From Dehalococcoidia bacterium (lineage in GTDB: Bacteria; Chloroflexota; Dehalococcoidia; SM23-28-2; RBG-16-64-32), in NCBI GenBank assembly GCA_963665775.2, contig CAXXTF010000001.1:512001-576000 (forward strand): a DNA stretch of 64,000 nt. The letters run 5' to 3'. Shown here one piece after another: positions 59,157 to 64,000 of the stretch. Below the pieces are notes generated by a model. The model was not told the origin of the DNA. It saw only the letters and a list, made by a program, of their open reading frames with translations, and made no database searches. Every line of letters starts with the position of its first letter. Within the stretch, counting starts at the first letter, position 1. Position numbers and translations under genes: made by a program.

Positions 59157-60440
59157 CTAACGCGCTCTCGTCTGCCGCGGCTCCTGCCGAAGCTCTCCCG
59201 CCGCCCCCGCTGGCCCCAGCGCCAGGGAAAGGTCATCCCCGCGCCGGACAAGATAGGTGAGGATGCCGCTGGCCATCAGGGTGCTGAAGGGGAGGAGAGA
59301 GCTTTCCCTGGCCCCGAAGCTGCCGGACTCCAGCAGCACCACGGCCGCTCGTGCTCCCTGCTGAACCAGCGACTGGAGGGCACGCACCCAGTCCTCATCC
59401 GCAGAAGCGGTGACCACGATGAGCGTACTGTGGCGCCTGAATCGCCTCTCTTCTTCCTCCAGGACCTGCGCCAGGGGCACAGTGCCCTTGGCCCTGGCCA
59501 GGGCCAGCGCCTCCAGGATTCGGTTGTACTGTTGGGCGCCGCGGGCCGGCTCCAGGTTCGCCTTCCCCTCTCCGTAGGCCAGCAACCCAAACATCCGGTT
59601 GGCCTGGAGAAAGTGATTGGCCAGTGAGGCCGCCACACGCACGGCGTACTCCTCGCTACTATCGTCCCCCTCGCCGAAATGGGCAGCCGCCTGGAGATCG
59701 AGCAGCACCCAGACGTTGCTGGTGGGGTCCATCTCGAACGTCTTGACCATTAGCCGATTAAGGCGCGCGGTGGAGCGCCAATGGATACGGTTATAACTGT
59801 CGCCGGGCTGGTACTCGCGGACGCTGGCCGCGTTCGGGGTCACGTAGTGGGTGCGACGTCGCTCCGGGCCCTCGCCCACGAGGTGGGCCGGCGGCGCCCA
59901 GAAGTAGGGCAGCTCCTCCGGTCGCGGCAGGACGAGGAGCTTCTGGCTCTCCCCATAGTCCCGGCTGAACCGGAACAGGCCGAACGGGTCGCCCGTCGTC
60001 ACTCGCACGGGGCCGAGTGAGAATACGCCGCGCCGGTTACAGGGCAGGCTCACCTTCCAGTTTCGCGCATCGTGGGCCGGCAGGGTGACAACTGTGCGAG
60101 AGGTCACGCCGGGCAGGTCCGTCTGCTCGGTCACCTCCAGCCACAGCTTAGTGAGGGGGCTGCGGCTGCTCACCCGGATCCGGCTCTCAGTCTCCTGCCC
60201 CACCTGTAGACGGTCGATGCCTCGTCTCGCGGCGGTCTCCAGCCCCCGCAGGTGGAGTCGGGCCCACAAGTAGCTCAGCGGCACCAGCCCGCCGATTACG
60301 TACGCCGCCCGGTAGAAGAGCCAGTGACCGCTCCCCACCGCCAGGCCTAACATCGTCCCGAAGGCGGCTAGGACGAGTAGCAGGTTCTGGTTGCGCTGTA
60401 TAAACCGTACGAGGCGTAATAATGCCCGTCTCACCCTCAC
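59157..60440 (-). CDS. DUF58 (VWA-like) protein
   Basis: RRG......GDPFGLF, VREYQPGD...RIHWRSTAR...LMVK.FE. Confidence 0.9.
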   Translation of the reverse strand: MRVRRALLRLVRFIQRNQNLLLVLAAFGTMLGLAVGSGHWLFYRAAYVIGGLVPLSYLWARLHLRGLETAARRGIDRLQVGQETESRIRVSSRSPLTKLWLEVTEQTDLPGVTSRTVVTLPAHDARNWKVSLPCNRRGVFSLGPVRVTTGDPFGLFRFSRDYGESQKLLVLPRPEELPYFWAPPAHLVGEGPERRRTHYVTPNAASVREYQPGDSYNRIHWRSTARLNRLMVKTFEMDPTSNVWVLLDLQAAAHFGEGDDSSEEYAVRVAASLANHFLQANRMFGLLAYGEGKANLEPARGAQQYNRILEALALARAKGTVPLAQVLEEEERRFRRHSTLIVVTASADEDWVRALQSLVQQGARAAVVLLESGSFGARESSLLPFSTLMASGILTYLVRRGDDLSLALGPAGAAGELRQEPRQTRAR

Positions 60441-60451
60441 CCTCGCCCTCC

Positions 60452-61402
60452 CTAACTGCTGCGGGCCCGCACTCCTGGTACCGGCAGCTGCTCCAAACAC
60501 TCCACCACCACCTGGGCTGTGGTAAGCCCCTTCACCCGCGCCTGGGCGTTGAGTATAATTCGGTGGCCCAGCGTGGCATAGGCCAGCGCCTTCACATCGT
60601 CCGGCAGCACGAAGTCGCGACCGTCCAGCAGCGCCCGCGCCTGCCCCAGGCGCTGCAGCGCCAGCGAGCCGCGGGGAGAGGCCCCCAGGTACACGGAATC
60701 GTGATTCCGGCTGCCAGCCATGAGGCCGACTATGTACTGCTGGATCAGCACGTCCACGTACACCTCTCGCACCGCTGCCTGGAGTGCCAACACCTCCTCG
60801 GGCCGGCAGACCTCCTCCAGCTCTCCCAGTGGATGATCGTACATCTGGCGGTTCATCATCGCTTCCTCGTCGTGGGCCGCCGGGTAACCCAACTCTAATC
60901 GGATGAGGAAACGGTCCAGTTGGGCCTCCGGTAGGGGGAACGTCCCCTCGTACTCGATCGGGTTCTGGGTGGCCATAACCAGGAATGGCTGCGCCATCCC
61001 GTAGGTCACCCCGTCCACCGTGACCTGCCGTTCCTCCATCGCCTCCAGGAGCGCCGATTGGGTCTTGGGGGTGGCCCGGTTGATCTCGTCCGTCAAAATC
61101 ACCTGGGCGAATAGAGGGCCGCGCCGGAACTGGAAATCCTCCGTCTTCTGGTTGTAGATGGAGACGCCCGTCACATCCGTGGGCAGAAGGTCCGGTGTGA
61201 ACTGGATGCGGCTGAAGGAGCAGCCGCTGGAGCGGGCCAAGCTGCGGGCCAGTATCGTCTTCCCCACGCCGGGTACGTCCTCAATGAGGAGATGGCCGCC
61301 GCACATCAGGGTCATTACGGCCATCTCCACCTGATCCCGCTTGCCGATGATGACCTGTTCGACGTTATCGACGATACGTAGGGCTATCGCGCGAGCATCC
61401 AT
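60452..61402 (-). CDS. moxR: MoxR-family AAA+ ATPase
   Basis: [53 protein letters not shown]. Confidence 0.95.
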   Translation of the reverse strand: MDARAIALRIVDNVEQVIIGKRDQVEMAVMTLMCGGHLLIEDVPGVGKTILARSLARSSGCSFSRIQFTPDLLPTDVTGVSIYNQKTEDFQFRRGPLFAQVILTDEINRATPKTQSALLEAMEERQVTVDGVTYGMAQPFLVMATQNPIEYEGTFPLPEAQLDRFLIRLELGYPAAHDEEAMMNRQMYDHPLGELEEVCRPEEVLALQAAVREVYVDVLIQQYIVGLMAGSRNHDSVYLGASPRGSLALQRLGQARALLDGRDFVLPDDVKALAYATLGHRIILNAQARVKGLTTAQVVVECLEQLPVPGVRARSS

Positions 61403-61643
61403 CTTGGTAGCGACTCCTATCACCTAAACGACGAGGAGTGTCCACGGTTCCGTCTTTTTATCTCGATTCAGATTACCCGCTTAACGGTAAGGCTGGCAAT
61501 AGACAGATTAGCGATCGAGTGTCTCGGGGCCGCGGCCACTGTGATCGGAACCGTCGCCGCTAAACCCGCCGTCGATTGCTGTCGCTGTCCCTACGCGCTA
61601 TCATCCTTACGAGTAGCGAGGCGTTCCTAGATTGGAGGCGCTC

Positions 61644-61853
61644 TTGGCCGAGGTAACGATCAAGGTCAGGTTGAACGGTCCCTACCGGCTATCGGGTCCC
61701 TTCAAGCTAGTAGACGCCGAAGGCAACGAAATTAAGGTTGAGAGCGAGCGGGAATTCGTCGTCCTCTGTCGTTGCGGGCAATCGGCCACCAAGCCGTTCT
61801 GCGACGGCACCCACAAGAGGATCGGCTTTCAGGCCGAAGCGAACGCCGGCTAA
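61644..61853 (+). CDS. CDGSH iron-sulfur domain protein
   Basis: NGPY, LCRCGQS..KPFCDGTH; TTG start after GGAGG. Confidence 0.9.
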   Translation: MAEVTIKVRLNGPYRLSGPFKLVDAEGNEIKVESEREFVVLCRCGQSATKPFCDGTHKRIGFQAEANAG

Positions 61854-61955
61854 GCGTCCCACTGGAGCGGGCGACGCCATATCTGTGCGCCCTCCCAACA
61901 GCGAAAAAGAGAGTGGCCCCCGGCGCTGCTGCGTCGGGGGCCATCGCACCCTAAT

Positions 61956-62663
61956 CTAGCTTATGGGCCGGATGGCGCCGATGACCCGGCCCTGAACCTC
62001 CACGTTGCTGGCCTCCGTGTATATGGGCTCCATCGTCTCATTGGCCGGCTGCAGCCGAACCCGCTGGCCCTCCCGGAAGAGCTTCTTGAGAGTGGCCTCC
62101 TGCTCCCGCTTAAGCCAGGCCGCCACCATCTCGCCGTCGTTGGCCACCGCCGTGGCCTGCAGGAAGACGATATCGCCATCGTGCACCAGGGCGTCGATCA
62201 TGGAGTTCCCCTTGACGCGCAGGGCGTAGACCTGCTCCCGGTTGCCGAGCATCTCCGGGGAGACCTCAACGGTCTCCTCCTGATCGAAGCTCCCCCAGGT
62301 ATCAGCGGAAGGAACGGGGATCGGCTGCCCGGCGGCGATGGTGCCGATTATGGGGACTGGCACGACCCGCGGCCGCCGGCCGCCCGGTGGCAGCAGCTCA
62401 ATGGCGCGGGACACCTCGCGGTCACGGCGCATGTAGCCCAACCGCTCCAGGATGCGCAGGTTATAGTCGACCACGGACGTGGAACTGATATTGCAGGCTT
62501 CCTGAATCTGGCGGATACTGGGTGGGTAGTCGTGCTCGTCTATGAAATCGCGGACGTATTCAAGGATACGCTGCTGCTTCGCGGAAAGCTCCTTCATCTG
62601 CTCCTCCGTAGTTTGTGCGCCGCTCCCGTTGGGGCTCTCGTCCATCTGCTCCGCACCTGGCAC
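61956..62663 (-). CDS. lexA: SOS repressor LexA
   Basis: YPPSIR.I, SSTSVV, Ala-Gly cleavage site IAAGQP, catalytic GNSM and ATLKK. Confidence 0.95.
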   Translation of the reverse strand: MPGAEQMDESPNGSGAQTTEEQMKELSAKQQRILEYVRDFIDEHDYPPSIRQIQEACNISSTSVVDYNLRILERLGYMRRDREVSRAIELLPPGGRRPRVVPVPIIGTIAAGQPIPVPSADTWGSFDQEETVEVSPEMLGNREQVYALRVKGNSMIDALVHDGDIVFLQATAVANDGEMVAAWLKREQEATLKKLFREGQRVRLQPANETMEPIYTEASNVEVQGRVIGAIRPIS

Positions 62664-62680
62664 CGCGGCCGTGAGGGCGG

Positions 62681-62733
62681 CGAACCTTTGTTCGTCAGAA
62701 CACTAGTCTAGAGACCATCCGTTCGATTGTCAA
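62681..62733 (-). promoter_or_regulatory. lexA promoter with autoregulatory SOS boxes
   Basis: CGAACCTTTGTTCG (62681-62694); TTGACA-N17-TAGACT with degenerate GAAC-N4-GGTC in the spacer. Confidence 0.8.
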
Positions 62734-62789
62734 TGCCTTTTGACAACTGTACAATGCCGGAGCGTACATTTGGTCTAGAAGGGGTCAGT

Positions 62790-63524
62790 ATGGCGAGTGA
62801 GCAAGAAGACATCGCTCAAACTCCCGTGGACGGCGACGAGGGGCCGAAGCGCGCCCTGGTTATCTCCGCCCATCCGGACGACGCGGACATCGGTGCCGGT
62901 GGCACCGCCGCCCTCTGGTCGCGCGAAGGGTGGGAGTTCTATTACCTGATCTGCACTGACGGTTCCAAGGGCTCCGAGGACCCGGAGATGACCGCCGAAA
63001 AGCTGGTGCCCATGCGCCGGACTGAGCAGCGCGCCGCCGCCGCTGTCCTAGGCGTCAAGGAGGTCTTCTTCCTGGACAACGTGGACGGGGAGCTGACCTA
63101 TACCCCTGGGCTCATGCGTGACGTGGTGCGTCACATTCGCACGCTGAAGCCCTACGCGGTGTTCAGCCACGACCCGAACCAGATTGTGCGCAACATGTTC
63201 ATTAACCACCCCGACCACCGCTGCGCCGGCACAGTGGCCCTGGACGCGGTGTACCCCATAGCCCGCAACCGGCCCAGCTTCCCGGAACTCCTGGACGAGG
63301 GGCTCGAATCGTTCAGCGTTAAGGAGATCTACCTCTGGAGCGCCTCCGACACGAACTTCGACGTGGACATCAGCTCCGTCATCGACCAGAAGGTCCGGGC
63401 CCTCAAGGAGCACAAGAGCCAGTTTGCCGAGATCGAAGAGCGCATGGAACGGTGGCGGGCGAATTGGTCCGAGCCCGACGGCCGCTTTCTGGAACGCTTC
63501 CGCCGTATTCAGATCCCCTTCTAA
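62790..63524 (+). CDS. PIG-L/LmbE-family deacetylase
   Basis: AHPDD, TDG.KG, R..EQ.AA...LGV, HPDH. Confidence 0.9.
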   Translation: MASEQEDIAQTPVDGDEGPKRALVISAHPDDADIGAGGTAALWSREGWEFYYLICTDGSKGSEDPEMTAEKLVPMRRTEQRAAAAVLGVKEVFFLDNVDGELTYTPGLMRDVVRHIRTLKPYAVFSHDPNQIVRNMFINHPDHRCAGTVALDAVYPIARNRPSFPELLDEGLESFSVKEIYLWSASDTNFDVDISSVIDQKVRALKEHKSQFAEIEERMERWRANWSEPDGRFLERFRRIQIPF

Positions 63525-63527
63525 TCC

Positions 63528-64000
63528 ATGCACTTCGCCCGATTTCGGCACGGCCACCGCGAATCCTATGGCCTCCTGGAAGGCGACCATCTTCGTATTG
63601 TCCAGGGTGATCCCTTGGGCGAGCACCGGATATCGGAGGACTCTCTGCCCCTATCGGACGTTACCCTCCTGGCCCCTGTCCGACCGGGCAAGATCCTGGC
63701 CGTTGCCGTCAACTACCCCTCTCACGTCGCCAGCAGTCGGCCGCTCGTGAAGCAGGGCCAGCCCCTGGCCGTGCCCCAGCTATTCCTGAAACCGCCCTCC
63801 GCCGTCATCGGGCCGGAGGAAGCGATCATCCTGCCTGCCGATGCCGGGCCGGTAGACCTGGAGGGGGAGCTGGTAGCCGTCATCGGCCGCCGCTGCCGAA
63901 ACGTTCCGTCCGCAGAGGCGCTGGACTGCGTCTTCGGCTACACCTGCGGCAACGATGTCAGCGCTCGCCGCTGGCAGCGGAACGACATGCAGTGGTGGCG
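63528..64000 (+). CDS. Fumarylacetoacetate hydrolase family protein (3' end outside window)
   Basis: Manual translation: GKILAVAVNY..H, FLKPPSAVIG, EGELVAVIG, GYTCGNDVSAR. Confidence 0.88.
   Translation, partial: MHFARFRHGHRESYGLLEGDHLRIVQGDPLGEHRISEDSLPLSDVTLLAPVRPGKILAVAVNYPSHVASSRPLVKQGQPLAVPQLFLKPPSAVIGPEEAIILPADAGPVDLEGELVAVIGRRCRNVPSAEALDCVFGYTCGNDVSARRWQRNDMQWW

Overview
High-GC bacterial chromosome segment, most consistent with Chloroflexota class Dehalococcoidia (inferred from fusA adjoining rpsJ with no tuf, GAAC-N4-GTTC LexA boxes, a split b6-type cytochrome bc complex and tandem desulforedoxin-like peptides). Bases 1-19.8 kb hold the fusA-S10-spc-alpha ribosomal superoperon through truA-rplM-rpsI, with long acidic tandem-repeat tails on S3 and S17. 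Bases 19.9-28.7 kb are a minus-strand operon led by a SAM-I riboswitch (mtnA, mtnP, GNAT, ahcY, metK, nucleotidyltransferase, PGM/PMM, PGI/PMI). Next come an IS1380-family element with intact ends, an M20 amidohydrolase, plsX, csoR/trxA/trxB/tRNA-Sec, a NrfC-NrfD-AOR-MoaD-like locus and a Rieske/cytochrome b complex with a cytochrome c-cupredoxin fusion. The most striking region is 48.2-53.3 kb: an integrase-less phage DNA-packaging module (TerL, candidate TerS, portal with one internal stop, Cys-rich HTH protein, small membrane proteins). It is driven by two sigma70-type promoters that each carry a LexA box matching the one at the host lexA promoter 9 kb away, so it is a candidate domesticated, SOS-controlled gene-transfer-agent-like system. 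The window ends with HIT, YHYH, acyl-CoA dehydrogenase, a PP-loop gene flanked by direct repeats, MoxR-DUF58-transglutaminase, CDGSH, lexA, a PIG-L deacetylase and a partial FAH gene. All calls come from reading motifs by eye; no searches were run.
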